64,000 bases of DNA from Hyphomonas sp. (GCA_033851975.1 JAWSVJ010000007.1:251512-315511), one strand, 5' to 3'. Positions 17,807-28,251 are shown, numbered from the stretch's first letter. The notes: generated from the sequence alone by a model not told the origin. Made by a program: numbers and translations.

Positions 17807-19129
17807 CTACCCCTCAGAAATATCTGCGCCTAGGTCTCGCATATGGTCCAAGAATTCCGGATAGCTCGTAGCAATCATCGCGATGCTATCCACGCTGACC
17901 GGCTTTTGCGAAGCGGTGCCCATGATCAGCGCGCTCATGGCGATGCGGTGATCGTGGTGTGTTTCGACGAGGCCGCCGCCCGGCACGTTGCCTGCGCAGC
18001 CCTGCACGATGAAGCCGTCTTCGGTCTCTTCCACCTCAACGCCGTTGACGCGCAGCATGGCCGCCGTCGCCGCGATGCGGTCAGACTCTTTCACGCGTAG
18101 CTCTTCTGCTCCGGTCACGTGCGTCTCGCCATCTGCGAAGGCCGCCAGCACGCCCAGAATGATAAACTCGTCAATCATGCTCGGCACATAACGCTCAGGC
18201 ACTTTCACGCCCTTCAGCTCAGCAAACCCGGCATGCAGATTTATCAACCGCTCGCCTGCTGCCTCATCGCCATCTTCCGCGCCTAAATGTGCACCCATCA
18301 GATTGGCCACATCGAAGAAGCCAGAACGCGTGGGGTTAGACATCACGCCCTCAACAGTTACGTCGCCATAGGGGGAGAGTATGCCCGCAGCGATCAAGAA
18401 CGCCGCTGAGGACGGGTCGCCCGGTATAGACGCTTCAATCGCGCTAAGCCCCTGCCCACCTTTAATTGAGATTTCCGTCGGCGCATTCGGCTTGCGCTTC
18501 ACGCCCACATCGACACCAAAGCCGCGCAACATGCGCTCTGTATGGTCACGCGTGTCTTTCGCCTCTTCCACAATCGTCACGCCGTCAGCATTAATGCCCG
18601 CCAGCATCACAGCAGACTTCACCTGCGCTGAGGCCACAGGCGGCGCATAGCGGATCGCCTTCAGCGCTGTGGTGCCCGTAATAGAGAAAGGCAGTCGCCC
18701 ATCGTCTGCGGCGGTGTCAGCAAGACCCATCTCGCGCAACGGGTTGAGGATCCGGTTCATCGGGCGCGAGCTTAGGCTCTCATCCCCGGTTAGCTCTGCT
18801 GTAAGGCCAAACCCAGCCATAACGCCCATCATCAGGCGAGACCCGGTGCCGGAGTTGCCAAAGTCTAGTGCTTCAGCCGGGCTGCGCAGTCCGCCGGCGC
18901 CCACGCCGTCCACACGCCAGTTGCCCGGCCCCACTTCGTGCATCTCTGCGCCCAGCGCGGCCATGGCCCGGCCCGTGCGAATGACATCATCGCCCATCAG
19001 AAGGCCACTAAAATGACTGCGCCCCTCGGCCAGTCCGCCCATAATCAGCGCCCGGTGACTGCACGATTTATCTCCCGGCGCACGGACGCTGCCACTCAAT
19101 TTATTTACTGGCTTACTGGTCCAGACCAT
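17807..19129 (-). CDS. aroA: EPSP synthase
   Basis: PGDKSCSHR, GNSGTGSR, ASAQVKS, RDHTERML, KESDRI, HDHRIAMS. Confidence 0.97.
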   Translation of the reverse strand: MVWTSKPVNKLSGSVRAPGDKSCSHRALIMGGLAEGRSHFSGLLMGDDVIRTGRAMAALGAEMHEVGPGNWRVDGVGAGGLRSPAEALDFGNSGTGSRLMMGVMAGFGLTAELTGDESLSSRPMNRILNPLREMGLADTAADDGRLPFSITGTTALKAIRYAPPVASAQVKSAVMLAGINADGVTIVEEAKDTRDHTERMLRGFGVDVGVKRKPNAPTEISIKGGQGLSAIEASIPGDPSSAAFLIAAGILSPYGDVTVEGVMSNPTRSGFFDVANLMGAHLGAEDGDEAAGERLINLHAGFAELKGVKVPERYVPSMIDEFIILGVLAAFADGETHVTGAEELRVKESDRIAATAAMLRVNGVEVEETEDGFIVQGCAGNVPGGGLVETHHDHRIAMSALIMGTASQKPVSVDSIAMIATSYPEFLDHMRDLGADISEG

Positions 19130-19247
19130 GGCTACTTTGCCTAACCTAATGTCGCTGATTTGAAATGGGGCTTTGACAGGGCGCGGCGTTCATGGCAAGC
19201 GCCCGTCCATATCAAAATACATAATATGGTCTGAGGAGGCACCTACT

Positions 19248-19751
19248 GTGTCGAAAGATAAACTGGGAACCAAACAAGTTTGCCCGTCTTGCGAGGTACG
19301 CTTTTACGATTTGAACAAACGCCCTGCCGTTTGTCCGAAATGTGAGGCTGAATTCGACCCCGAAGATGAGCTGACTAAATCTGCCGCCACCAAGGTGAAA
19401 GCCAAGGCCGCGCGTGCAGCTGCTAAGTCTGACGATGATGAAGACGATGCAGAAGACGAAAAAGACACCAACGTCGATGAAGACGAAGAGTCTGAAAGCG
19501 ACGACGATTCCGCTAAGGAACTCGGCGGCGACGAAAACGAAGTCATTCTCGAAGCAGCCGAGGAAGACGAAGACGATTCAGGCAAAACAGTTCCTGCCGG
19601 CTTCTCTGAAGAAGGCGTGGACGATGATGATGATGATGTCATCATGTCAGACGATGACGATGAGACATTCGACATCGATGGCGATAACGATGACGACGCT
19701 GCCGATGAAGGCACTGCCGAAACGCCTGACCAAGGCGAAGATGAAGTTTAG
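19248..19751 (+). CDS. TIGR02300 / FYDLN-acid family protein
   Basis: RBS GAGGAGG with GTG 19248; LGTKQVCPSCEVRFYDLNKRPAVCPKC; Asp/Glu-rich tail. Confidence 0.93.
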   Translation: MSKDKLGTKQVCPSCEVRFYDLNKRPAVCPKCEAEFDPEDELTKSAATKVKAKAARAAAKSDDDEDDAEDEKDTNVDEDEESESDDDSAKELGGDENEVILEAAEEDEDDSGKTVPAGFSEEGVDDDDDDVIMSDDDDETFDIDGDNDDDAADEGTAETPDQGEDEV

Positions 19752-19804
19752 GGCTTGAAAGGGACGCGCGACCAGAATAAAAGTCGCGCTTCCCTCTTAG
19801 GTTT

Positions 19805-19883
<79 letters not shown>

Positions 19884-20080
19884 ACCTCCACAATTCTAAA
19901 ACCACACAAGTCTCGATCGCTATTTGATCAGAGACCCCGCCACCTTTGCGCCACATAATCGCCCCGGCATCGGCACAGGCGGGCACTTGAAGCACCACAT
20001 TTCCACCCCACATTAATATTGAAGACGGGCAGTTACCCCGTATTTGCTGTGATGGACTCAAGTAGAAAAGGACTGGCCCC

Positions 20081-20320
20081 ATGAACACACATCAGGACAC
20101 AAACCCTTTCGAAGAGGATACCTTCGTTTACATCCGTCACATGGATGCCGACGAAATCTCAGAGGTGCTACCTCAAAACGAAATCGGCGAGCTCAGGCAT
20201 CCAGACCAACTCTTTGCGGTGCTGTCGTCAGATGGCGAACGCCTCGCCGTTGTTGAAGGCCGCGACGCCGCCTACGCCGCCGCTGTCGCGCATGACCTGA
20301 AGCCTTTGAGCGTTCACTAA
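20081..20320 (+). CDS. DUF1150-family small protein
   Basis: FVYIRHM...LFAVLSSDGERLAVVEGRDAAYAAAVAHDLKPLSVH. Confidence 0.8.
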   Translation: MNTHQDTNPFEEDTFVYIRHMDADEISEVLPQNEIGELRHPDQLFAVLSSDGERLAVVEGRDAAYAAAVAHDLKPLSVH

Positions 20321-20440
20321 GAACGCCCGCGAAAGACCCGGCGGGAGCCCTCCTCCCATTCCTGCCGGGCCTTTTGCCGCTCTTGTTCGCTTGCCCCCCG
20401 CCCTTTACGACAGGTGTGAACCACTTCGCTAAAGGATGCC

Positions 20441-21229
20441 GTGATGAGCGCCCCCTCCATTCGTATGACCGTTTCAGCCCCTTTCGCTGAGATCATTCTA
20501 AACCGCCCAGAGCGCCGCAACGCCCTGTCGCTCGACATGTGGGCGCAAATCCCAAACATGATCAGCACTGCGGAGGCTGACCCGGACGTTAAAGTCGTGA
20601 TCATTCACGGCGGTGAGGCTGGCGCGTTCGCTGCGGGCGCAGACATTTCAGAATTCGCCACCGCCTACGCCACACGGGATAAAGCGCGCGCATCAGGCAA
20701 CACCATCGGCGCTGCGCTGAATGCCGTCGAAAAATGCACCAAGCCAACCATCGCCGCCATAGAAGGCGCCTGCGTCGGCGGCGGGGTCAGCCTCTCAGTC
20801 GCCGCTGATTTGCGCGTTGCGGGTGCAGGCTCAAAATTCGGCATCACGCCCGCCAAGCTCGGCATCGTCTATCCGGGCGGAGACACACGTCGCCTTGTTG
20901 ATCTTATAGGCGCATCCCGCTCGAAAGACCTGCTGATGACAGGTCGCATCTTCCCTGCTGAAGAAGCCATGAGCCTTGGCCTCATCAACCGCCTCGTCCC
21001 CAAGGGCGACGCACTAGACGCCGCCAAACAGCTGGGCACAGACATCGCAGCCGTCTCCCAATGGTCAACGCGCGCCATCAAGCGCATGATTGCGGGCCTA
21101 GAAAGCGGCTGGGCTGATGATAGCGAGGAGGCCACAGGCCTCTTCCTAGATGGCTTCAACAATGCAGACTATGAAGATGGCGCGCAGGCCTTCCTAGAGA
21201 AACGCCCGGCCAAATTCACCATCACCTAA
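20441..21229 (+). CDS. Enoyl-CoA hydratase/isomerase (crotonase family)
   Basis: LNRPERRNAL, FAAGADISEF, IAAIEGACVGGG, FLEKRPAKF. Confidence 0.92.
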   Translation: MMSAPSIRMTVSAPFAEIILNRPERRNALSLDMWAQIPNMISTAEADPDVKVVIIHGGEAGAFAAGADISEFATAYATRDKARASGNTIGAALNAVEKCTKPTIAAIEGACVGGGVSLSVAADLRVAGAGSKFGITPAKLGIVYPGGDTRRLVDLIGASRSKDLLMTGRIFPAEEAMSLGLINRLVPKGDALDAAKQLGTDIAAVSQWSTRAIKRMIAGLESGWADDSEEATGLFLDGFNNADYEDGAQAFLEKRPAKFTIT

Positions 21230-21233
21230 GGCG

Positions 21234-21950
21234 CTAATACTCATATTCCTCAACCAATGTCGCATTGATCGTATAGGCGGTATCGGCCAAATCAGATCGC
21301 TGCGTCGTGGTTGTCAGCACACCCTCAATCCAAACCGCCTGCGAAATGTCTTTCAACGGCATCGGCTTATCCAGCTTGATATATACCGTTTGGTTGGGCG
21401 GCGGCGGCGGGTTGTGCAAACACGCACCGAAATACGGAACCAGCAAAAACTCGCTCACCTCGGCCTTCGCCGCGAATGAGAACGGCACGGTGTAGCCCGG
21501 CAAGCGCACAGTCTTGCCGTTCAATTCCTCAACTACATTAAACGTGCCCACCTGCTCGCCCACGTCAGCAGCAGAGCCTTCCTCGACCACGCCGCCGGGG
21601 CTTGAATACATTTCAGCCATTTGAATTTGATACATCTCGGCAAGGCGCTCTTCCTCGCCCTCCGGCATCAAATCTTCCCATGTCAGCACCACCGCCCCGC
21701 GCGCCTCAACGGCGCGTTCAGCGGCCAAGGCCTCAGCAGCGGCATCGGCCAGCCCTGAGTCAGCCTCCTCACCGATCTTATCGCCAATCTGTGGCCCCTC
21801 TTCCCTCACCTGCGCTTGGGGGGCTTTCTCGGCTATGTCAGCAACACTCGGGGCAGCTTCAGGCGTCGCTTGCGGCTGTGCCTCGCCACACGCTGACAGG
21901 ACACACAGCGCTGAAACCGCGCCAATTTGAATAACATTTCTTACAAACAC
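21234..21950 (-). CDS. DUF3299-family lipoprotein (ZrgD-like)
   Basis: GTG start with GGAG RBS; lipobox LSAC; LTWEDLMP, VRLPGY, EFLLVPYFGACLHNPPPPPNQ. Confidence 0.85.
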   Translation of the reverse strand: MFVRNVIQIGAVSALCVLSACGEAQPQATPEAAPSVADIAEKAPQAQVREEGPQIGDKIGEEADSGLADAAAEALAAERAVEARGAVVLTWEDLMPEGEEERLAEMYQIQMAEMYSSPGGVVEEGSAADVGEQVGTFNVVEELNGKTVRLPGYTVPFSFAAKAEVSEFLLVPYFGACLHNPPPPPNQTVYIKLDKPMPLKDISQAVWIEGVLTTTTQRSDLADTAYTINATLVEEYEY

Positions 21951-21997
21951 AAAATTTACTCCAAAAAGGGCTGTCCGCCATCCGCACACTGCGCGAA

Positions 21998-23266
21998 CTA
22001 TAGCTTAACGGTCAATCCATCCGCCAGTGATCGTCGCAGCGCCATCCAAGCAGGCACCGCCCCCATTATTATACTCGCCAGCGTAACAACGCCAAGTACA
22101 CCCAAGTCTAGCCAGCCCGGTAAAGGCCGCCCAAACGACACACCATATTGCGCCGCCAACATCGGCCCGGCGACGGCCAGCGCCACATACACCAAAACAA
22201 TGCCCAGCAGTGCGCCAACAAACCCAATTACGCCCGCTTCCAACACCAGCAAACTAAACACATGCCCCGGCCCCGCTCCCACAGCGCGCAGAATGCTCAT
22301 CTCGCGCCGACGTTCATTCAGACCCGCCAATATGTTCGTCATAATGGACACAAGTCCCACAAAGATCACAAAGGCCGACACAGCCAGCAAAGCCCGCTCG
22401 GCCATCTCCGTCACGCCCCACAACTGCGCCAATGCTTGTCCCGGTATAATCGCCATCAATGGCTCAGACATCTCGGTATTGATAGCGCGCTGCGCGCCCA
22501 AAGCCATGCTCGGGCTCCTCAGGCCAACGAATACCGCCGTCACACTGCGCGGCGTCAGATCAAAATCACGGATCATCTCTTCAGTGATAGTGTCAGCTAA
22601 CGGATGTTTCGCGCCGCTCTCCCAACCAACATGCAGCGCGGTAATCGCCTCAAGTGAAATATGCACCGTCTTGTCCACCGGCGTGCCTGTAGGCTTCAGA
22701 ATGCCCGACACCTCAAAGTGGCGATCATCATGTCCATGACCAAAATCATCATGGCCCAATCCATGCGACAGCTCCACATGCTCACCCAGTGAATATCCCA
22801 GCGCCCGCGCCACATCCGCGCCGAGCACCACATCGAACAAATCACCTACCCATGCCCCGCTCGTCATTTCCAAAGGCTGATCGTCGCCATATTGATAGTG
22901 CGCCAGATAGTCCGGCGTCGTGCCCAGAACGCGATACCCCTTGTGGCTATCACCCAGTGAGATCGGCACAACCCAGTCAACATCCTCGCGCGCCGCCACC
23001 TTCTGATAAGCAGGCCAGTTCACCTCTGCTGTTGCGTTCCCCATACGGAACACTGAATACAACAGCAAATTCACTTCACTCGTCGGCGCACCGACAATCA
23101 AGTCTGCGCTACTTATCGTGCTGCTAAACCCATCCCGCGCGCCCATCCGCGCTTTCTCAACACCGAGGAACAGCGCAACTGATAGGGCAATGGCCAACAG
23201 AGTCAGCAATACAGACCCGCGCCGATTCATCAGGCTACGAATGGCCAACGACAAGACACTCATCAT
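21998..23266 (-). CDS. FtsX/MacB-like ABC permease (ZrgC-like) with His-rich loop
   Basis: PISLGDSHKGYRVLGTT; SHGLGHDDFGHGHDDRH; NERRREMSILRAVGA; ATGA overlap with the ATPase. Confidence 0.88.
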   Translation of the reverse strand: MMSVLSLAIRSLMNRRGSVLLTLLAIALSVALFLGVEKARMGARDGFSSTISSADLIVGAPTSEVNLLLYSVFRMGNATAEVNWPAYQKVAAREDVDWVVPISLGDSHKGYRVLGTTPDYLAHYQYGDDQPLEMTSGAWVGDLFDVVLGADVARALGYSLGEHVELSHGLGHDDFGHGHDDRHFEVSGILKPTGTPVDKTVHISLEAITALHVGWESGAKHPLADTITEEMIRDFDLTPRSVTAVFVGLRSPSMALGAQRAINTEMSEPLMAIIPGQALAQLWGVTEMAERALLAVSAFVIFVGLVSIMTNILAGLNERRREMSILRAVGAGPGHVFSLLVLEAGVIGFVGALLGIVLVYVALAVAGPMLAAQYGVSFGRPLPGWLDLGVLGVVTLASIIMGAVPAWMALRRSLADGLTVKL

Positions 23267-23958
23267 GACTGCGCCCTCGCTGCATTAATCGTCGACAGAT
23301 CAACGCTCCGGTCAAACTGCGATGCCAACGCCCCATCATGGCTGACGAATAACAGCGCCGCCTGCGTGCGCGCCACTTCATCCGATAACAGGGCGATAAA
23401 CTTGTCTCGCGCATCGCTATCCAGCGCAGAAGTCGGCTCATCGGCAATCACGAGGCTTGGCCCACCAATCAGCGCCCGCGCCGCCGCGACCCGCTGTTGC
23501 TGGCCAACAGACAAATCAGACACACGCCGCGACAACACCGCCTCATCCTCCAGCCCAAGGCGTGCAAGCAATCGCCGCGCCTCCGCTTCAACATCACCGC
23601 CCACCCGCGCCCGCCGAGCGGCAGAGAACCGCAATGGCAAAGTCACGTTCTGAACCACCGACAGATACGGCACCAAATTGAACAATTGGAAGATCACACC
23701 CAGGCGGTCGGCCCGCATCTTATCTCTCTGACCAGCAGACAGCTCCGACACATCATGATCCAGAACGCGGACTTTGCCACTGAATCCAGATAACACACCC
23801 GACACCAATCCGAGCAAAGTCGACTTACCAGACCCAGATGCGCCTTTCAGAAACACACGCTCCCGCGCGCCAACCTCAAACGCGGCAATTTTCAAAACGG
23901 GCGCATCATCACTCCACCCAAATTCTAGGTCGGATATCTCAATCGCCGGATCAGACAT
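23263..23958 (-). CDS. ABC ATP-binding protein (LolD/ZrgB-like)
   Basis: GASGSGKST, IFQLFNL, LSVGQQQRV, IADEPTSALD. Confidence 0.9.
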   Translation of the reverse strand: MSDPAIEISDLEFGWSDDAPVLKIAAFEVGARERVFLKGASGSGKSTLLGLVSGVLSGFSGKVRVLDHDVSELSAGQRDKMRADRLGVIFQLFNLVPYLSVVQNVTLPLRFSAARRARVGGDVEAEARRLLARLGLEDEAVLSRRVSDLSVGQQQRVAAARALIGGPSLVIADEPTSALDSDARDKFIALLSDEVARTQAALLFVSHDGALASQFDRSVDLSTINAARAQS

Positions 23959-24028
23959 GAAAGCGCGCCTATTCTTAAAACTGCTGAATCTCGACAATCA
24001 CCCTTATCAGGTGTCGCAATTTCCAAAT

Positions 24029-24043
24029 TGATACCATATAACA
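24029..24043. promoter_or_regulatory. Putative Zur box
   Basis: TGATA-CCATA-TAACA (minus strand AATGTTATATGGTATCA), between divergent metal-transport genes. Confidence 0.55.
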
Positions 24044-24177
24044 TTTACATTCCAAGCCCAGCGCCCTGCTGATCGCCTCAAATCACCCCTAAACAGCCTC
24101 AAACCACCCCCAAACCGCACGAGACTGCATCAGTCTGCACCTGAATTGCCCGAAACTGCACACGAAAAACCCGCTTA

Positions 24178-24978
24178 ATGACTTCACCTCTCTTGGCTCC
24201 CCTAACATTTGGCCTCATCGCAGCTTTCATCACAACGGTCGGCCTGATCATTGTGGCGACGCGCAGCGATTGGAGCGCCAAATATGCAGACCTATTCGGT
24301 CTGGCCGCTGGGGGCATGTTGATCAGCCTGTCATTGCTACACATCGCGCCAGAAGCGTTCGCCATGTCACCCCACGCGTCCAAGTTCATGCTCGCCGGCT
24401 TCCTCGGCGGATTGATCATCAATTCCGGCATCGGCGCGATGTTCCCAGAGAAGATGAACGGTGCCCGCGCCGCCGCCATCACCCCGCTCATCGCCATCGC
24501 GCTGCACTCCTTCATCGACGGTGTGATCTATTCAGTCACATTCGCCGCCAGCTTCAGTTCTGGTGTATATGCAGCAGGTGCGCTCATCCTGCATGAGCTC
24601 CCAGAAGGCGTAATCGCTTTTGCCATCCTGCGTCGCCACGGCTTCACCAATCGCCAGTCCTTCTTCTGGGCATTCCTCGCCTCCGCCGCCACCACGCCGC
24701 TAGGTGTCCTCATCTCTGCGCCTGTCATGTACACCCTCGACACAGTTACGATCGGCTCCCTCTTTGCTGTATCAGCCGGCCTGCTCATCTATGTCGCCAC
24801 AGGCCCGCTGCTAGAGCCGCTAAAGACAGAGCCCAACAAGCGCAGCTTCGTGGCGCTCATGGTGGGCGTCCTCGCCGCCATTGGCCTCTCTAACCTGCCC
24901 GTGCATGGGCATATAGACGGCGAGGCAGGCCCCCATAACGGCTCCGCACAGCACAATCATGCAGACGGCGCCGACTAA
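24178..24978 (+). CDS. ZIP-family divalent metal transporter (ZupT-like)
   Basis: LHIAPEAF, HSFIDG, LHELPEG; His-rich C-terminus. Confidence 0.88.
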   Translation: MTSPLLAPLTFGLIAAFITTVGLIIVATRSDWSAKYADLFGLAAGGMLISLSLLHIAPEAFAMSPHASKFMLAGFLGGLIINSGIGAMFPEKMNGARAAAITPLIAIALHSFIDGVIYSVTFAASFSSGVYAAGALILHELPEGVIAFAILRRHGFTNRQSFFWAFLASAATTPLGVLISAPVMYTLDTVTIGSLFAVSAGLLIYVATGPLLEPLKTEPNKRSFVALMVGVLAAIGLSNLPVHGHIDGEAGPHNGSAQHNHADGAD

Positions 24979-25154
24979 GCCTCTTGCGGCCTCATCGCCC
25001 TCCACACCTGCGGCACAGCGCTTGCACCAAGCCTAGTCATACGATTCATCCTTCGCGCAGTTGGACGAACCATGAATGACCGGCAGCATTAGGTTGCTAG
25101 CCCCCTATCTGGTTCCATAATTGCGCAAGGCCAGTCCAGAAATGGAGCCTCGCA

Positions 25155-25856
25155 ATGGCAAACTTCTTCAGCAACACCCGCAGACGGCGCCTCGTCGCCG
25201 CGCTCGTCACATCACTTGTGGCCGGCTTTTTTGGCTTTGCACATTACGGCTTCGCTGACACTCAACCACCTGCGCTTCCTGTAGCTTCTATTGAAGTTCC
25301 AACTAAACCCAATGCGCGCTCCAGCCTCGTGCAAATGCAAAGAGCCATCGCGCATCAATTGGCCGGTGATGACCAACATGCCCGCTCCCTACGCAGCCAC
25401 GCAGCGCACAGCTGGGTGCTCGAGCTAGACGCGACCCAATCAGCAGACATCTCCGTTACACATCTAGAGTCTGGCAGACTCTACCGCGCAGTCTTCAACC
25501 ACGATGGCGACGACCTCGGCCTGTCCGCTGTATGGCTATCCATTCCCAATGGTCGCGGCATGCCCAGCGCCATTGTCATCCGCAATCACAATCACCGCGC
25601 CGGCTGGCTCGCCCTAAAAGAGCGCTCACCAGTTGCCCCGCTCTATGTCGTGGAAACTGTGACCTGCCAGAGCAAAACGATCATCGCTGAATCACGCACC
25701 CCCTTCCCGCCAAATGCGCTGCAGTCATTGGCGAAAGCACGCGCGGTTAAGGCGATGAAGAACCCAGAAAGCGTCACCCTGCTAAAAGGCGAGTGCGCAA
25801 ACCTAAGTCGCATGCTGCCGCTCTCCAGCGTGCGCCAGACAGCCTCTCTTAAATAG
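25155..25856 (+). CDS. Hypothetical exported protein
   Basis: RBS GGAG; Arg-rich N-terminus with hydrophobic signal/anchor; no family recognised. Confidence 0.6.
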   Translation: MANFFSNTRRRRLVAALVTSLVAGFFGFAHYGFADTQPPALPVASIEVPTKPNARSSLVQMQRAIAHQLAGDDQHARSLRSHAAHSWVLELDATQSADISVTHLESGRLYRAVFNHDGDDLGLSAVWLSIPNGRGMPSAIVIRNHNHRAGWLALKERSPVAPLYVVETVTCQSKTIIAESRTPFPPNALQSLAKARAVKAMKNPESVTLLKGECANLSRMLPLSSVRQTASLK

Positions 25857-25867
25857 GTTCTTAGCAG

Positions 25868-27148
25868 TTAGCGACGAGCTTCGCGCTCAACTTCCCAGTC
25901 GGTAAACTGCTCATGGAACTTCGTCACGCGCGGAACGATTTCGGCGCGGAACCGGCTGCCATTGAACACGCCATAGTGGCCCACATCTGGCTGAACATAA
26001 TCAGTCTGCATTTTCTGCGGAATCTTGGTGCAGATATCGTGCGCCGCCTGCGTCTGGCCTATGCCCGAAATATCATCATTCTCACCTTCAACCGTCATCA
26101 GCGCGACATCTCGAATAGCTGACGGTTTCACAACGCGCTCATCGCGATAGCGATAGATCCCGCGTGGCAAATGATGCTCTTGGAAGATCCGCTGGATCGT
26201 CTGAAGATAATACTCCTCAGTCAGGTCCAGCACTGACATATACTCATCATAAAACTCACGGTGCTTAGCCGCGCTATCTTCATCACCTTCGATCAGGTGA
26301 TTGAAGAAGTTCCAATTGGCATCCACATGGCTTTCCCAGTTCATACTCATAAACGAGGATAACTGCACAAAGCCCGGATACACACGGCGTAACGCGCCCG
26401 GATAAGGCCCCGGCACGGTGTGGATCATATTCTCTTGGAACCACTCAAACGGGCGCTCTTCAGCCAGCAGATTAGGAACCGTCGGGCTGCGCCGCGCATC
26501 AATGGGTGAGCCCATAAACGTCATAGAGGCTGGGCGCGCAGGATCATCATCCTCAGCCATCATTGAGATTGCAGCCAGCACAGGTGGTCCCGGCTGACAA
26601 ACCCCCAGCACATGAAGCCCCGCCCCAAGTTCAGTGATCATCGTGCGAATATGATCGACATAGTCATCCAAATCGAACCGGCCGAGCCAGACAGGCGCCA
26701 TCCGCGCATCGGCCCAATCGGTGATGTAAACGTCATGGGTTGGTAAGAACCCCTCAACAGTGCCGCGCAGCAAGGTCGCGTAATGCCCAGACAGCGGCGC
26801 GACGATTAGTAGACGCGGTTGCGGCTTGGCATTCTTGCCCGTCGCAGCGGCCACTGCATCAGGGTCTTTCTTGAAATGCACAAGTTTGCACCATGGGCTA
26901 CTCCACGCAGTTGTTGGCGTAACAGGCACTTCAGTTGACCCAACACGCGCGCTCTCAATATTCCATTCCGGCTTGCCATAGTAGCGCGTCGAGCGCTCAA
27001 ACACGTCAGCGAAGGCCGAGAGTGATTTGCCAAATTCAGTTTGCCCCAATGGATTGAGCGGAGAATGCAACGCTGTCCGCCCCGCCTTTGCAGCCAGTCT
27101 TACTGGTGCCATTGCCGCGCGATTCATTTCAACCAAGGAGTAGAGCAT
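25868..27148 (-). CDS. phaZ: Intracellular polyhydroxyalkanoate depolymerase
   Basis: VAPLSGHYATLLRGTV, VYITDWADAR, GVCQP (catalytic Cys), VEGENDDISG, GHYGVFNGSRF. Confidence 0.93.
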   Translation of the reverse strand: MLYSLVEMNRAAMAPVRLAAKAGRTALHSPLNPLGQTEFGKSLSAFADVFERSTRYYGKPEWNIESARVGSTEVPVTPTTAWSSPWCKLVHFKKDPDAVAAATGKNAKPQPRLLIVAPLSGHYATLLRGTVEGFLPTHDVYITDWADARMAPVWLGRFDLDDYVDHIRTMITELGAGLHVLGVCQPGPPVLAAISMMAEDDDPARPASMTFMGSPIDARRSPTVPNLLAEERPFEWFQENMIHTVPGPYPGALRRVYPGFVQLSSFMSMNWESHVDANWNFFNHLIEGDEDSAAKHREFYDEYMSVLDLTEEYYLQTIQRIFQEHHLPRGIYRYRDERVVKPSAIRDVALMTVEGENDDISGIGQTQAAHDICTKIPQKMQTDYVQPDVGHYGVFNGSRFRAEIVPRVTKFHEQFTDWEVEREARR

Positions 27149-27164
27149 AGAGAGACATATCCTG

Positions 27165-27183
27165 TTATGTTGCAGTGCAGCAT
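27165..27183. promoter_or_regulatory. Putative PhaR operator upstream of phaZ
   Basis: ATGTTGCA-G-TGCAGCAT near-palindrome; TGCAGTGCAGCA core at 27171-27182, 23 nt from the phaZ ATG. Confidence 0.6.
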
Positions 27184-27334
27184 ACGCCAGAAACGCCTCT
27201 GCCGCAATCCATTTCACCCCGCCCCTCCGAAACACACCGCATTTATGGCTAATCCAGAGCCGTCAATTTCACACGCTCTCCAACGAGTGAGTTAACGCCA
27301 GCTGGGTATTATTCACCTGTAGGAGAGCAATCCG

Positions 27335-27718
27335 ATGTTTTTGAAGTGTGAACCAAACCCACATCAAAATGGGCGCATGACCCGCGCGATGATGATGGAA
27401 TTTCAGCCCGGCAGCCGCTTTGCGATAGACGCCGAAACCCTGCATAAACAGCCACATCTGCTCAACGCCTTCTCACGTTTCATGCATGTAAGGATCCGCA
27501 TTCTGGACGCCCTAGCCTATCTCTGCGTGTTGCTCGGTGTTTTGGGCTCAATCTCATTCGCATGGTGGCTGTTCATACCGGGACTAGCCGCATGCATTGT
27601 TCTGCTAGCCATTATTCGCCGCACAGCCGGAAACATGGCCCGCAAAGCCGCCCGCCGCTCAACTGACGACTTCCGCGCGCTACACGATATGGGATGCTTG
27701 TGGTTCGTCTACGCCTAG
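27335..27718 (+). CDS. Hypothetical two-TM membrane protein
   Basis: RBS AGGAG; two hydrophobic helices. Confidence 0.6.
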   Translation: MFLKCEPNPHQNGRMTRAMMMEFQPGSRFAIDAETLHKQPHLLNAFSRFMHVRIRILDALAYLCVLLGVLGSISFAWWLFIPGLAACIVLLAIIRRTAGNMARKAARRSTDDFRALHDMGCLWFVYA

Positions 27719-28137
27719 ACCTGAAACACGCCCAGCACCATCGCCGCAAAAGCCACCACGGTGAACACGAGCGATAGACTGACTGAATAGGCCCGCTGCT
27801 TCTTACGGCTGGTCTTCACGCCGCGCTTATTCTTGCCCTCTTTCGGGGCCAGCATCATGCGCGTGGCATAGAAGCCAAATGCCGCCATCAGCGCCGTGAC
27901 AGCCGCAATCCAGCTCGTGCCCAGCAAGAACAACATGCCAGACCCTAGCAACATGCCGGATATGCCGAGCGCGGTTGAGTAAATCAGCTCGCGCACATGC
28001 CGATCAGCCCGGCTACCATCTAGCTTGTCATAACTGCAATTCGGGGACGCAATCGCGGACACCCAAGACGCCCCCACAGACATGGCCGCGAGGCCAACAC
28101 CGATGAAGTTTGCGTAGATTTGAAGCGATTCGAACAT
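27715..28137 (-). CDS. Hypothetical multi-pass membrane protein
   Basis: Four hydrophobic segments and a basic loop; convergent overlap with the previous ORF. Confidence 0.6.
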   Translation of the reverse strand: MFESLQIYANFIGVGLAAMSVGASWVSAIASPNCSYDKLDGSRADRHVRELIYSTALGISGMLLGSGMLFLLGTSWIAAVTALMAAFGFYATRMMLAPKEGKNKRGVKTSRKKQRAYSVSLSLVFTVVAFAAMVLGVFQV

Positions 28138-28251
28138 GCACCGCCTTATGCCGGAATCCGCCACATCTGCAAAGCAGCACACCGCAATCAAGAATGGGGA
28201 CAAGCCGCAAAGCCCATCCCCATCACTTGCATTCAGCTAAAGCAATTAGCT

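Noticed and set aside
19420-19745. GAT/GAC/GAA triplet repeats
   Set aside because: They encode the acidic tail of the TIGR02300 protein; not a repeat array or CRISPR.
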